A DNA stretch of 64,000 nucleotides from Eggerthellaceae bacterium (GTDB taxonomy: Bacteria; Actinomycetota; Coriobacteriia; Coriobacteriales; Eggerthellaceae): contig JAFSHA010000017.1 of the NCBI GenBank assembly GCA_017440565.1, forward strand, positions 695 through 64,694, read 5' to 3'. Shown in pieces: positions 1-9,987 of the stretch (position 1 is its first letter; each line of letters opens with the position of its first letter). Made by a program: the position numbers and the translations under genes. The notes below the pieces were generated by a model. It ran no database searches. It saw only the letters and a program-made list of their open reading frames with translations, and was not told the DNA's origin.

Positions 1-553
1 GCAAGTGCAGCGTTTTGCCCACGTGGGAAAGAATCTGCGGGCAGCGCCCACCCGCCGCCATGAACTCGAGCGCATCGAGGACAAACGACGCATGAACGCG
101 CGGCTTAAGAGCCTCGAGGGCTGCAACGATATCGGTCGCTTCCATGCCCTCCTCGATCATACGAGCAGCGCGAATGACGAGCTGGCCGGTGCCGGTAGAC
201 AGATTGCAGCTATCAACCACGTGCACTCCAGGAACCTCACGTGCGGCGAGGCAAGCGTGGTCATATGAGCTGGAAAGTGCGCCGCCCAAGTTGAGGTGAA
301 TGACCTCGTCGCCCTCTTCGAGAAGGCTGCGGAAGTAGTCGACGTATTCCTGCACGTTGATGGCGGAGGTTTTCGGAAGGCTTCCGTCTTCATAATAGCC
401 CGCGTAAAGCACTTCGGGCGTGATGTCGACGTTGTCCAGGTAGCTGTGCCCGCGAAACTCGATGTGATAGGGATAATAGTGAACCCGGCACTGCGCCTTG
501 AGTTCATCGCCGAGATCGCACGTGCTGTCGGCGCTGAGGATGATCTTGCCCAT
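1..553 (-). CDS. DegV family (fatty-acid-binding) protein; C-terminal part runs off the left edge
   Basis: Stop-free minus-strand frame from ATG at 551-553 to the window edge. It is absent from the ORF track because no stop lies in the window. Translation MGKIILSADSTCDLGDEL...LNLGGALSSSYDHA...VVDSCNLSTGTGQLV...FVLDALEFMAAGGRC fits DegV signatures. Confidence 0.8.
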   Translation of the reverse strand, partial: MGKIILSADSTCDLGDELKAQCRVHYYPYHIEFRGHSYLDNVDITPEVLYAGYYEDGSLPKTSAINVQEYVDYFRSLLEEGDEVIHLNLGGALSSSYDHACLAAREVPGVHVVDSCNLSTGTGQLVIRAARMIEEGMEATDIVAALEALKPRVHASFVLDALEFMAAGGRCPQILSHVGKTLHL

Positions 554-760
554 GCTTGATAACCTTACCGCTTGAAATGCTGATTTTTGATTCTAAGTGT
601 ATGCAATTGATAGGCTGGAAACTGCTCCGCTAAGCAAAAGCACCTTTGCTTCAAAGAAAGAACATGCAGCATGTCGTGTTGTTCCACAAAGGCGTCGATT
701 CTGGGTAGAACGAGGTAAAGAGAACACTAGCCCATATCATCAAAGGCATGAGGAGCACAG

Positions 761-1010
761 GTGCGGGCCAACGTCGCCGGAGTCGCGAGGCATGGATGCG
801 AGCCAACGTCGCCGGAGTCGCGAGGCACAGGTGCGGGGCAAACATCGCCGAAGGCGCGAAGCGTGGGTGCAAGCCAATATCGCCGGCGTCAAGAGGCACG
901 GGTGCGAGCCGACGTCGCCGGAGGGCGAGGCACAGGCGCGAGGCAAACATCGCCGGAGGCGCGAGGCGCGGCAGGTAGTTGATGTGGCCGGAGGCGCGAG
1001 GCGCGGCGCT
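761..1010. repeat. Degenerate ~35-bp GC-rich tandem repeat, about 7 copies
   Basis: Head-to-tail units of 34-39 bp, roughly GTGCGRGCCAACGTCGCCGGAGKCGCGAGGCACAG. They fill the spacer from the ppsR-like stop (1009) toward the degV start (553). There are no unique spacers between units. Confidence 0.85.
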
Positions 1011-1893
1011 AGCTGATATCGTCGGAGAAGTGGGGGTGCGAACGCTCGTAGTAGCGCAGGATCTCCTGCGCCGTCTCCTCGACGGCACGGTTCTCGGTAT
1101 GCACGACGATGCAGCCAAGCTTGCGCATGAGCGCACGCGATTTCTCGAGATCCTCGTAAACGTACTCGGGATCGGCATAGCGCGGGGCAATGTGCGCAGC
1201 AGTGCCGATACGCCGCTTGCGAATGCCGATGAGCACTTCCGGACTGGTCATAAGCCCGAACAGGCGCGTACGGTCAACTTGGAACACCTCACGCGGAGGC
1301 TCGGTGGAAGGATCGAGCGGAATGTTGGCCACCTTGTATCCCTGCTGGGACAGATAGATGGAAAGAGGCGTCTTGGACGTGCGCGAAACGCCGACGAGCA
1401 CGATGTCGGCGCGCGTAAGGTCCTGAGGGTTGCGGCCGTCGTCATGGGCGATGGTGAACTCGACTGCGTCGATGCGACGGTAGTAATTCTCGTCAGGCGC
1501 GCGCAGGCTGCCCGGCTCGTGCAAGGGGGTAAGCCCCGAAGCGCGCTCGATGGCGCAAATGGCGTTGGTCACGAGATCGACGGCGATGATGGTGGGGTGC
1601 TCGGTCAGGTACTGCTCGAACTGCGCACGCAGAATCGGATTCACCAGCGTGTAGAAGACGAGTATCTGGTCGTTGCCGTAACGCTCGAGGTACTGGGCAC
1701 GCCGACCGTCGAGGAAGGAACGAATGGCCTCGAAGTCTTTGACGCCCGAAAGAAGGCGAATCTTGGGATCGGTTACGCCGAACTGGGCGGTGGCAGCACG
1801 CACCACGCCCTGAGCCGTGACGCCAGTGGAATCGCTCACGACGTGAATCGTGGGTACAACACCTCGTTGAGCTGCGGAAACGACGCCTTCCAT
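1009..1893 (-). CDS. PEP synthase / pyruvate,phosphate dikinase regulatory protein (PpsR/DUF299 family kinase-pyrophosphorylase)
   Basis: ORF 1009..2025 trimmed to ATG 1891-1893, preceded by GAGGAGGG. Motifs: TIHVVSDSTGVTA, IVLVGVSRTSKTPLSIYL, ENRAVEETA. Confidence 0.85.
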   Translation of the reverse strand: MEGVVSAAQRGVVPTIHVVSDSTGVTAQGVVRAATAQFGVTDPKIRLLSGVKDFEAIRSFLDGRRAQYLERYGNDQILVFYTLVNPILRAQFEQYLTEHPTIIAVDLVTNAICAIERASGLTPLHEPGSLRAPDENYYRRIDAVEFTIAHDDGRNPQDLTRADIVLVGVSRTSKTPLSIYLSQQGYKVANIPLDPSTEPPREVFQVDRTRLFGLMTSPEVLIGIRKRRIGTAAHIAPRYADPEYVYEDLEKSRALMRKLGCIVVHTENRAVEETAQEILRYYERSHPHFSDDIS

Positions 1894-1950
1894 GGCATTA
1901 CCCTCCTCGAAGCGCCCCATCGGGGAAAGAAAGCGGAGTGAAATGAAAAC

Positions 1951-1978
1951 GGGGAGGAAGGCCACAGGCCCCCTCCCC
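1951..1978 (-). terminator. Putative intrinsic terminator after glyS
   Basis: Minus strand GGGGAGG-N14-CCTCCCC followed by GTTTTCATTT, 13 nt after the glyS stop. Confidence 0.5.
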
Positions 1979-1990
1979 ATAAAAGCGCGA

Positions 1991-4075
1991 TTACTTCGCC
2001 TTGGCCATCTTGCCGAAGTCGGCAACGCCGGCGAACACGGCGACCATGCGGTTCAGGATCTTCATGCGGTTGGCACGTACGGCAAGGTCCTCGTCCATGA
2101 TCATGGTGCGCTCGAAGAACAGGTCGATAGGCGCACGCAGAGCCGCAAGCTCAGCCAGGGCGGTGGCGTAGTCATCGGCCTCGAGGGCACGTGCGACGCG
2201 GCTCTCGGCCTGAACGATTGCGCTCGTAAGCGCATGCTCGACCTCGGAGAGCATAGCCTCGTCGAAATCGGCACCCGCATCGGCGTCGCGCAGGTTGTTG
2301 GCGCGCGCGTAAGCGGTGGCCAGGTTGTCGAAGGTCTCGGCCTCGCCGCTGCGAGCAGCCTCAAGCGCGCGGGCGCGCGTGATGAAGGTCGCCGGCTCTT
2401 CAACGCCAACGGCCAGCACGGCCTCGATGGTGTCAGGCGCGCAGCCGCCGTCCTTCAGAATGACCTTGGTACGCATGGTGAAGAAGTCGACGATCTCGGC
2501 GCGCACAGCGTCCATGTCGAAGGAAACCCCAGCTGCGGCGTACGTGACAAGAGAAGCGTCAATAGCCGCCACGAGCGAGACGGGCAGGCCAGCGTCGAGC
2601 ATGGCGATGATGCCGATAGCGCTGCGACGCAGGGCAAACGGGTCGGAAGAGCCCGTGGGGCCCTGACCTGCGGCGAACAGGCCGCAGATGGTATCGACCT
2701 TATCGGCCATGGCAACCACCTTGCCCACAGTGGAGGCGGGCAGGTCATCGCCCGCAAAACGCGGACGGTAGTGATCGGAAATGGCCTCGGCAACCTGGGC
2801 GGTCTCGCCAGAGGCGGCAGCGTAATAAGAGCCCATGATGCCCTGAACGGCCGTGAACTCGAACACGGCCTGCGTAGTGAGGTCGGCCTTGGCCAGATAG
2901 CCCGCACGCTTGGCGTCGACCACGTCGGCCTCAGGAAGGCCCGCCTCGACGGCAAGGTTGCCGGCAAGCTCGCTGATGCGCAGGGCCTTAGCCTTCATGG
3001 AGCCCAAAACCTCCTGGAAGGTCATTTCCTCAAGGCCGTCAACGTAAGCCTCGAGCGGCTTCTTCAGGTCCTCGTCATAGAAGAACTTGGCATCGTAGAG
3101 GCGAGCAGCCACGACGCGCTGGTTACCGTCGATGATGTTGGCCTCGAAAGCGGCATCGCCGTTGGAGGTGATGATGAACTTGTTGGCCAGGCTGCCATCG
3201 GCGTTAAACAGCGGGAAGTAACGCTGATGCACCAGCATGGCGTCGACCGTGATCTCCTTCGGGACGGCCAGGAACAGCTCGTCGAAGGTGCCCACCATGG
3301 CAGTGGGGTATTCGCAGAGGTTCACGACCTCTTCCATGGTCTTAGCGGGAAGGTCGGCCACCAGGCCCGACTTCGCCTCGATCTCGGCAACCTGCGCGCG
3401 GATGATGGCCTCGCGCTCGGCCTCGGAGGGAACGACGAAGTTGGCGCGCAGCGTCTCGATGAGCTTGCAGGCGCAGGGTACCTCGAAGGGACCCGGTGCC
3501 AGGAAGCGATGGCCGTGCGTGAGGTTGGAAGCCGTAAGCCCGGCGAACTGCACGGGCACGACCTCTTCGCCAAGCATGGCGAAAAGCCAGCGAACCGGGC
3601 GGCTGAACTGGTCGTTCAGGCTGCCCCAGCGTTGGGTCTTAGGCCAGGTGATGCCGGTAATGAGACCAGCGAGAAGCTCGGGAAGCAGGTCGGCAACGCG
3701 GCGTGCGGGCACGCTCTTGACGGCGTAGACGTACTCGACGCCGTTTTCGTCACGACGCTCAAGGGCGCTCGCATCGACGCCCTTGCCGCGGGCGAAGCCG
3801 AGCGCGGCCTTGGTGGGATTACCCTCGGCGTCGAAGGCGATCTTGGCGGCCGGGCCGCGGAAAACCTCCTCGAAAGCCTGGGTTTCCTCGGGAACGTCGG
3901 TTACCACGACAATGAGACGACGCGGAGTGGTGTAGACCTCGATGGAACCGTAGGTGATGTTGGCGGCGGCAAAGGCGGCCTCGGCGAGTTTGGGCAGCTG
4001 GCCGGTTGCGGCATGCAGATCGAACGCGGGCAGCTCCTCGGTGCCGATCTCAAAGGCGAGAATCTTGTTTGCCAT
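1991..4075 (-). CDS. glyS: Glycine--tRNA ligase beta subunit
   Basis: ORF 1991..4234 trimmed to ATG 4073-4075 (MANKILAFEIGTEELPAFD...), 1 nt after the glyQ stop. About 694 aa with GlyS-type sequence throughout. Confidence 0.95.
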   Translation of the reverse strand: MANKILAFEIGTEELPAFDLHAATGQLPKLAEAAFAAANITYGSIEVYTTPRRLIVVVTDVPEETQAFEEVFRGPAAKIAFDAEGNPTKAALGFARGKGVDASALERRDENGVEYVYAVKSVPARRVADLLPELLAGLITGITWPKTQRWGSLNDQFSRPVRWLFAMLGEEVVPVQFAGLTASNLTHGHRFLAPGPFEVPCACKLIETLRANFVVPSEAEREAIIRAQVAEIEAKSGLVADLPAKTMEEVVNLCEYPTAMVGTFDELFLAVPKEITVDAMLVHQRYFPLFNADGSLANKFIITSNGDAAFEANIIDGNQRVVAARLYDAKFFYDEDLKKPLEAYVDGLEEMTFQEVLGSMKAKALRISELAGNLAVEAGLPEADVVDAKRAGYLAKADLTTQAVFEFTAVQGIMGSYYAAASGETAQVAEAISDHYRPRFAGDDLPASTVGKVVAMADKVDTICGLFAAGQGPTGSSDPFALRRSAIGIIAMLDAGLPVSLVAAIDASLVTYAAAGVSFDMDAVRAEIVDFFTMRTKVILKDGGCAPDTIEAVLAVGVEEPATFITRARALEAARSGEAETFDNLATAYARANNLRDADAGADFDEAMLSEVEHALTSAIVQAESRVARALEADDYATALAELAALRAPIDLFFERTMIMDEDLAVRANRMKILNRMVAVFAGVADFGKMAKAK

Positions 4076-4076
4076 C

Positions 4077-5015
4077 TTAGGCCTCCTGTCCTTCCTCGAG
4101 CGCGGGCGCCTGACCCACGACGTGCTCCAGATAGCTGGCGCAGCACGCCTTGGCGATGGTGCGGACGCGCAGGATATAGCCCATGCGCTCGGTCTGCGAG
4201 ATGACGCCGCGCGCGTCAAGCAGGTTGAAGGCATGGCTGCACTTCAGTACGTAGTCGTACGCCGGAAGCGGAAGCCCCGCCTCAAGCACGCGGTTGCACT
4301 CGGCCTCATAGCGGTCGAACTCGCCGAACAGAAGGTCGGTGTCGGCCACCTCGAAGTTATAAGCCGAGAACTGACGCTCGTTCTCCAGGAACACGTCGCC
4401 GTAGGTGAACTCGACGCCGTCGTCGCCACGGCACCACACAATGTCGTAGACGCTGTCGACGCCCTGGATGTACATGGTCAGACGCTCAAGGCCGTAGGTG
4501 ATCTCGGCAGGAACGGGCCTGCACTCGAAACCGCCGACCTGCTGGAAGTACGTAAACTGGGTAACCTCCATGCCGTCGATCCACACTTCCCAGCCAAGGC
4601 CCCAGGCACCGAGCGTCGGGCTTTCCCAGTCGTCCTCGACGAAACGCACATCGTGCTCGTTCACGTCGATGCCGATGGCGCCGAGGCTCACGAGGTAAAG
4701 CTCCTGCACGTTGTCGGGCGAGGGCTTCAGAAGCACCTGGTACTGATAGTAGTGCTGCAGACGGTTGGGGTTCTCGCCGTAGCGGCCGTCGGTGGGGCGG
4801 CGGGACGGCTGGACGTAGGCAGTGCGCCACGTGTCGGGACCGAGTGCGCGCAGCGTGGTGGCGGTGTGGAACGTGCCAGCGCCCACCTCGTTGTCGTAAG
4901 GCTGCAGGATGACGCAGCCCTTGTCAGCCCAGAAGCGCTGCAGGTTCATGATGACGTCTTGGAACGTCGGCGGCAGGTTCTGCTGGCAAGCCGCATTCGT
5001 GGTTTCTGTTGACAT
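4077..5015 (-). CDS. glyQ: Glycine--tRNA ligase alpha subunit
   Basis: ORF 4077..5081 trimmed to ATG 5013-5015, preceded by AAGGAG. Motifs [24 protein letters not shown] and [16 protein letters not shown] are typical of GlyQ. Confidence 0.95.
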   Translation of the reverse strand: MSTETTNAACQQNLPPTFQDVIMNLQRFWADKGCVILQPYDNEVGAGTFHTATTLRALGPDTWRTAYVQPSRRPTDGRYGENPNRLQHYYQYQVLLKPSPDNVQELYLVSLGAIGIDVNEHDVRFVEDDWESPTLGAWGLGWEVWIDGMEVTQFTYFQQVGGFECRPVPAEITYGLERLTMYIQGVDSVYDIVWCRGDDGVEFTYGDVFLENERQFSAYNFEVADTDLLFGEFDRYEAECNRVLEAGLPLPAYDYVLKCSHAFNLLDARGVISQTERMGYILRVRTIAKACCASYLEHVVGQAPALEEGQEA

Positions 5016-5093
5016 GGCTCTCCTTGTCTCTTCCCCTCTATGAACGCGCGCCAGCACGACGCTGCGCGCGAACGGTTCCAATACTTCGCTTCC

Positions 5094-5678
5094 CTACTTC
5101 AAAACCCCGATGCTCCCGATCGGCCAATACGTGAACACGGCCTTTCCCGAGACGTTTGACACGGGGACCGAGCCGAAGTAACGCGAGTCGCTTGAGCTGG
5201 TGCGATTGTCGCCCATGAGCCACAGCTCGCCTTCGGGCACGGTGTAGGGATATGTGATGTCAAGGCCGTAGGCGGGCACCAAAGGATAGCTGGGCTCGCC
5301 GTTGACGTAGGGTTCGTCGAGCGGCACGCCGTCCACCACGACCGCGCCGTCAACGAGATCGACCGTCTGGCCACCCGTTGCGATAACGCGCTTTATAAGC
5401 GTGCGGCCCTGGATTTCCGGGTCGTCGAACGTGACGATATCGCCCTGCTCAGGCTCACCCGCCACGTAGCTGATACGCTCGGCGAAAACGCGCTCACCAG
5501 GCATGATGGTGGTTTCCATAGACCCCGTGGGAATCTCGTAGGCGCCGAAGATGAAGGTGCGCATAACCCAAGACATGGCGATGACGAGCACGACCATGCC
5601 TACGAAGCTGAGCGCGCTGCGCAACAGGCGCCTCGCCGAGCCAGATGTTTCCGCATGTTCCCCGGAATACATGGGCAT
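5094..5678 (-). CDS. lepB: Signal peptidase I
   Basis: N-terminal TM segment, catalytic-box-like GSMETTIMPGERV, LIKRVIATGGQTV, LMGDNRTSSSDSRYFG. Confidence 0.9.
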   Translation of the reverse strand: MPMYSGEHAETSGSARRLLRSALSFVGMVVLVIAMSWVMRTFIFGAYEIPTGSMETTIMPGERVFAERISYVAGEPEQGDIVTFDDPEIQGRTLIKRVIATGGQTVDLVDGAVVVDGVPLDEPYVNGEPSYPLVPAYGLDITYPYTVPEGELWLMGDNRTSSSDSRYFGSVPVSNVSGKAVFTYWPIGSIGVLK

Positions 5679-5804
5679 GTGCTTCCTTCCCTGTCAAAAG
5701 ACCTCAAGACATACAAACGAATATGATACCGCTTTATGAGCCCGCTGAGTTGCTGGCAACAGAAATTGCAAACCGATCCGATATGCGGCGGGCCGTTGCG
5801 AAGC

Positions 5805-6587
5805 TTATGCGTCGAGGGCGTCGAGGAACTTTCTGTCGGCGGAAGTGAGCTCGAAGGATTCCAGAAGGTCGGGGCGAAGCTGCACGGTGCGCGCCAGGCT
5901 TTGCTCGCGGCGCCAACGCGCGATGGCTGCATGGTTGCCAGAGAGCAGGATGGGAGGCACGTCCTGGCCCCGGAAGCTGGCCGGACGCGTGTACTGCGGA
6001 TATTCCAGAAGGCCGCTCGTGAAGCTTTCGTCGACCGGCCCTTCCTCGGCGCCAAGCACGCCGGGCAGCTTGCGCACCACGGCATCGATGACCACCATGC
6101 TGGCAAGTTCGCCGCTGGTGAGCACGTAGTCACCCAGCGAGATGACGTGGTCGGCTAGGGCGTAGGCACGCTCGTCGATGCCTTCGTAATGGCCGCACAC
6201 GAACAGAAGGCGCTCCTCAGCGGCAAGTTCGGTAGCGTAGGCATCGTCGAAGCGACGGCCCTGAGGGGCAAGGAAGACAACCTTGGGCGCAACGGCGTCG
6301 CGGAAAGCGGGGGCAGGGCCTGTTTTCGGGCAGGCGGGAATGCGATCGGGCACGCTGATGCCCGCGATATCCTCATACGCCTCGAAGATAGGCTCGCACT
6401 TCATAACCAAGCCAGCGCCACCGCCATACGGGTCATCGTCGGTGCTGCGGTGGCGGTCGTACGTCCAATCTCGCAGGTCATAAGCGCAAAACGAGATGAT
6501 GCCCTTCTCTTGGGCAATACGCATCATGGAAGAACCCATGACGGAGTCGTACATATTCGGAAACGTGGAAAGCGTCTCGATGATCAT
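5805..6587 (-). CDS. trmD: tRNA (guanine37-N1)-methyltransferase
   Basis: MIIETLSTFPNMYDSV..., DDDPYGGGAGLVMK, VCGHYEGIDERA, ISLGDYVLTSGE. Confidence 0.95.
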   Translation of the reverse strand: MIIETLSTFPNMYDSVMGSSMMRIAQEKGIISFCAYDLRDWTYDRHRSTDDDPYGGGAGLVMKCEPIFEAYEDIAGISVPDRIPACPKTGPAPAFRDAVAPKVVFLAPQGRRFDDAYATELAAEERLLFVCGHYEGIDERAYALADHVISLGDYVLTSGELASMVVIDAVVRKLPGVLGAEEGPVDESFTSGLLEYPQYTRPASFRGQDVPPILLSGNHAAIARWRREQSLARTVQLRPDLLESFELTSADRKFLDALDA

Positions 6588-6596
6588 GGGCGCACG

Positions 6597-7121
6597 TTAC
6601 ATTTCAAGGAGGCCGGCGGGAAGACGCATGTCGAGGCGGCAAGCATCCTCGTCAAGGCCGACGATGAATTCCTCGACAAGCGGAATGAGGGCATCTTCGG
6701 CGCCTTCACGCGCCACGATAAGCAGCGGCTGAAGCGGGCGATCTTCGATGTCGAGCACCTCTCCCACGAAGCCTGCGGCTTCATCGAAAACCTGCCAACC
6801 TTCCCACGAGGGAAGGTCGAACTCAAGCTCGGCGAGCTCTTCGGCCACTTCAACGCGGCGCACCAGGCAATGGCAGCCCACCAGCATCTCGGCGGTGTTG
6901 GCGTCGGGCACTTCCTCGAAAAACACCACGGCCTCATGCGACCCGCGCATTTGCAGCGACTCGACCGTCACGCTACGCGGTGCGTCGAGCACCGGCGGGA
7001 CGAGGGCAACCTTCATGCCCTCAGACAGCAAAAACGGAAGGCCCGCAGCGCTGCGCGCGACGAGCCCCCCGTTTATGTTCTTGGTTTGCGCCAAGCAGGC
7101 GATGTCGATCCAAGTTCGCAT
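6597..7121 (-). CDS. rimM: 16S rRNA processing protein RimM
   Basis: 174 aa. Sits in the conserved rpsP-KH-rimM-trmD order, with a RimM/PRC-barrel-like sequence. Confidence 0.85.
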   Translation of the reverse strand: MRTWIDIACLAQTKNINGGLVARSAAGLPFLLSEGMKVALVPPVLDAPRSVTVESLQMRGSHEAVVFFEEVPDANTAEMLVGCHCLVRRVEVAEELAELEFDLPSWEGWQVFDEAAGFVGEVLDIEDRPLQPLLIVAREGAEDALIPLVEEFIVGLDEDACRLDMRLPAGLLEM

Positions 7122-7376
7122 CTAGTCAATAAGCTCCACTTCGACCTGGGCGCCCTCGCGCGAAGCAGCGGCGCGCGCAAGCGTGCGAATGGCCTTGATG
7201 ACGCGGCCCTGACGACCGATAACCTTGCCAGCGTCTTCCTCGTTGACGCGGATCTCGACTACGATCGCGTCGTCGTCCGTTTCAAAAGCGTCGATCTCAA
7301 GCTCCTCAGGAGCATCGACAAGCGGGCGTACGACCGATTCGACGAGACCGGCGAGGTCTTCCGTCAGATCAGCCAT
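7122..7376 (-). CDS. KH-domain RNA-binding protein (YlqC/UPF0109 family)
   Basis: 84 aa with GKVIGRQGRVIKAIRTL (GXXG KH motif), lying between rpsP and rimM. Confidence 0.85.
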   Translation of the reverse strand: MADLTEDLAGLVESVVRPLVDAPEELEIDAFETDDDAIVVEIRVNEEDAGKVIGRQGRVIKAIRTLARAAASREGAQVEVELID

Positions 7377-7380
7377 GGCT

Positions 7381-7623
7381 TTACGCGTTCTCGCGAGCGC
7401 TCTTCAGAAGGCGAGCAACGGTCTCGGTCGGCTGAGCGCCGTTGGCGATCCACTTGTCAACCTTCTCCATGTCGCACTTCACCATAGCCGGCTCGGTGCA
7501 GGGGTTGTAGCGGCCAACCTCCTCGATGAAACGACCGTCGCGACGAGCCTGAGCGTTGGCGACAACGATGCGATAGTACGGACGCTTCTTGGCGCCGTGA
7601 CGAGCAAGGCGAATCTTAATCAT
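7381..7623 (-). CDS. rpsP: 30S ribosomal protein S16
   Basis: ORF 7381..7650 trimmed to ATG 7621-7623 after AAGGAG. Starts [21 protein letters not shown]. Confidence 0.95.
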   Translation of the reverse strand: MIKIRLARHGAKKRPYYRIVVANAQARRDGRFIEEVGRYNPCTEPAMVKCDMEKVDKWIANGAQPTETVARLLKSARENA

Positions 7624-7826
7624 GAAGAAAAACTCCTTTTTGAATACCATTCATTCGTATATTGCGTACACTGCTCACGCAGTGCAGCGAAAACAGCAAT
7701 TGCTTATATTACCGTTGGATTACGGTTTGCGCAAGTGAAAAGCACTTTTTATTCATGATGCTTTCCGCGACTGGCGCTCGCATTCGCACCTGATGCCCTC
7801 CCCTTGCGGCCTTCGTGACGTCAAGG

Positions 7827-9275
7827 CTACTTCTGCTCCATCATCTTCTGAAGCTCACGCAAGTCGGACATGCTCATGCCTCCCATGCCGGGCATTCCAG
7901 CACCCATGCCGGGGATGCGCAGGCCACGCGACTTCTTGGAGCCCTTCTTGCCCTTCTTGCCTTTACGCGCTTGGTTCTGCTCCATCTGCGAGGTCATCTT
8001 ACGAACCATCTTCTTGGTTTCGTTGAACTTCTTGATGACCTGATTGACCTCCTGCACGGTGGTGCCCGCTCCCTTGGCGATGCGCGCACGGCGGCTGCCG
8101 TTTAAGATCTCGGGCTTGGCACGCTCGGCCTTGGTCATGGAATTGATGATGACCTCCATGCGGTCAAGCGCCTTTTCGTCAACCTGACCGCTTCCCATGG
8201 CCTTGTCGCCGCCGGGAAGCGCGCTGATGAGCTTGCTCACGCCGCCCATCTTCTGAATTTGGCGGTTCATGGTGATGAAGTCGTCGAAGGTGAGGTTTCC
8301 GCGCGCAACGCGCTCGGCCTCTTCGGCCTCCATGGCCTCTTCTTCCTGCTGAACGCGCACGGCGCTTTCGATGAGGCTCACCACATCGCCCATGCCGAGG
8401 ATGCGCTTGGCCATGCGGTCGGGGTGGAACTCCTCGAGAGAGTCGGGCTTTTCGCCCGAGCTGATGAACTTGATGGGCTTACCGGTGACCTCACGCACGG
8501 AAAGGGCGCCGCCGCCGCGGGCGTCGCCATCCATCTTCGACATGATGACGCCGTCAAAGTCCACGCGCTCGGCGAAGGCCTGCACCACGTTGACAATGTC
8601 CTGGCCGGTCATGGCATCGACCACCATGAGGATCTGGTCGGGTTTGACGGCAGCCTTGATGGCCTCGGCCTCGGCCATCATGTCCTCGTCGACGTGAAGG
8701 CGGCCGGCCGTGTCGATAATGACCACGTCACGCAGATGGTCGATGGCGTCCTGCACGCCCTCGCGCGCGATCTTCACCGGATCCCGGCCGTCGCCACGGT
8801 ACACGCGCACGCCTATTTCGCCGCCGAGCGTTTGCAACTGATCGGCTGCAGCGGGGCGATACACGTCGCAGGCAACCAAAAGCGGCGAATGGTTCTGCTG
8901 CTTCAGACGCCAGGCGAGCTTGGCGGCCGCAGTGGTCTTACCCGAACCCTGCAGGCCAACCAGCATGATGACGTTGGGGATGCGGCTTGAGAGCACGAGC
9001 TTGGAGGACGAAGTGCCCAGAAGGACGGTAAGTTCGTCAAGCACGATCTTGACGACGTTTTGCGCCGGGGTAAGCGAATCCATGACTTCGGCGGTAAGGC
9101 AGCGCTCCTTCGTGCGCGCGATGAAGGCCTTGACCACCTTGAAGTTGACGTCGGCCTCAAGCAGGGCCAGACGAATCTCGCGCATGGCGTCGTTGATGTC
9201 GCTTTCGGTGAGACGGCCCTTTGACTTCAGGCCGGAGAATATGTTCTGCAAGCGCTCGGAAAGGTTTTCAAGCAT
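7827..9275 (-). CDS. ffh: Signal recognition particle protein Ffh
   Basis: GLQGSGKTTAAAKLA, DTAGRLH and a Met-rich M-domain tail (GMGAGMPGMGGMSM). Confidence 0.95.
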   Translation of the reverse strand: MLENLSERLQNIFSGLKSKGRLTESDINDAMREIRLALLEADVNFKVVKAFIARTKERCLTAEVMDSLTPAQNVVKIVLDELTVLLGTSSSKLVLSSRIPNVIMLVGLQGSGKTTAAAKLAWRLKQQNHSPLLVACDVYRPAAADQLQTLGGEIGVRVYRGDGRDPVKIAREGVQDAIDHLRDVVIIDTAGRLHVDEDMMAEAEAIKAAVKPDQILMVVDAMTGQDIVNVVQAFAERVDFDGVIMSKMDGDARGGGALSVREVTGKPIKFISSGEKPDSLEEFHPDRMAKRILGMGDVVSLIESAVRVQQEEEAMEAEEAERVARGNLTFDDFITMNRQIQKMGGVSKLISALPGGDKAMGSGQVDEKALDRMEVIINSMTKAERAKPEILNGSRRARIAKGAGTTVQEVNQVIKKFNETKKMVRKMTSQMEQNQARKGKKGKKGSKKSRGLRIPGMGAGMPGMGGMSMSDLRELQKMMEQK

Positions 9276-9343
9276 GAATGTGAGCTCCCGTGTCGGATGA
9301 ATGCATACGAAAAGGCCGCGTTACGAATTTGCGCGACCCTAGA

Positions 9344-9349
9344 ATTATA
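9344..9349 (-). promoter_or_regulatory. Candidate -10 box (TATAAT) upstream of ffh
   Basis: Minus-strand TATAAT about 69 nt upstream of the ffh ATG, in otherwise GC-rich DNA. The possible -35 (TTCTGC at 17-nt spacing) is weak. Confidence 0.25.
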
Positions 9350-9375
9350 CTCGAAAGATGTTGCGTGCAGAAATG

Positions 9376-9936
9376 CTACTCGTATTTGCCCGCGGCAAAG
9401 CCAAAGACGATAAGGCCGACGCCACGCACGGCAACGACGACGGCAAGCATGGCGGAAAGCATGACAGGCACCATAAACAGCATCACGCCGCACATGACGT
9501 TCACGACGCCGGAAGCGCAGGCCCAGCTCCACGAGCTCACGCCCGCTTTACGTATCTTGAAAGCGGCGACCACCTCAAAGGCGCCAAAGGCAGCAAAGAA
9601 GGCCCCCACAAGCCAGGGGATAACGGAGGCGCTTACCAGAGGATGCAGAAGCATCATAAGTCCGATGAGAATGCCAAACGCCGCATACAGAAGCGACCAG
9701 AGCGAGCCGTTTCCGTTCTTGCGCAGCTTGAAGTAGGCAAGCACGTCTCCCACGCCCGAGACAAGATACGCCGCGCCCGCAAACGTAGCAATAACGACAA
9801 GCGTCAAACCCGGCAAAGAGGCGATGCCCACCGCACAAGCAGCCATAAAGATGCCGGCAATGATAAGAGACCAGTCGTACTTCTTCTCGATAGGCTTTTC
9901 GGCAGTGCGCTTTACTTTGTTCTTTTTCTTGCTCAT
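9376..9936 (-). CDS. HdeD/DUF308 family membrane protein
   Basis: 186 aa with repeated hydrophobic DUF308-like segments (GILIGLMMLLHP, VRGVGLIVFGF). Confidence 0.7.
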   Translation of the reverse strand: MSKKKNKVKRTAEKPIEKKYDWSLIIAGIFMAACAVGIASLPGLTLVVIATFAGAAYLVSGVGDVLAYFKLRKNGNGSLWSLLYAAFGILIGLMMLLHPLVSASVIPWLVGAFFAAFGAFEVVAAFKIRKAGVSSWSWACASGVVNVMCGVMLFMVPVMLSAMLAVVVAVRGVGLIVFGFAAGKYE

Positions 9937-9987
9937 TTCATCCCCCTTGCTTAATGATTGCTGCGAGGAATTATAGCGAAACGAACC

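Noticed and set aside
761-1010. Possible CRISPR array
   Set aside because: The repeat units are directly adjacent with no unique spacers. The copies are degenerate rather than near-identical, and no cas genes are nearby.
5016-5093. T-box leader upstream of glyQS
   Set aside because: Only 78 nt separate the lepB stop from the glyQ start. That is too short for a T-box. It contains a single GC hairpin but no specifier or T-box sequence that I can recognise.
5679-5804. Expected rplS (L19) between trmD and lepB
   Set aside because: The gap is only 126 bp and has no suitable ORF in any frame. rplS must lie elsewhere. This is a synteny variation, not a missed gene.
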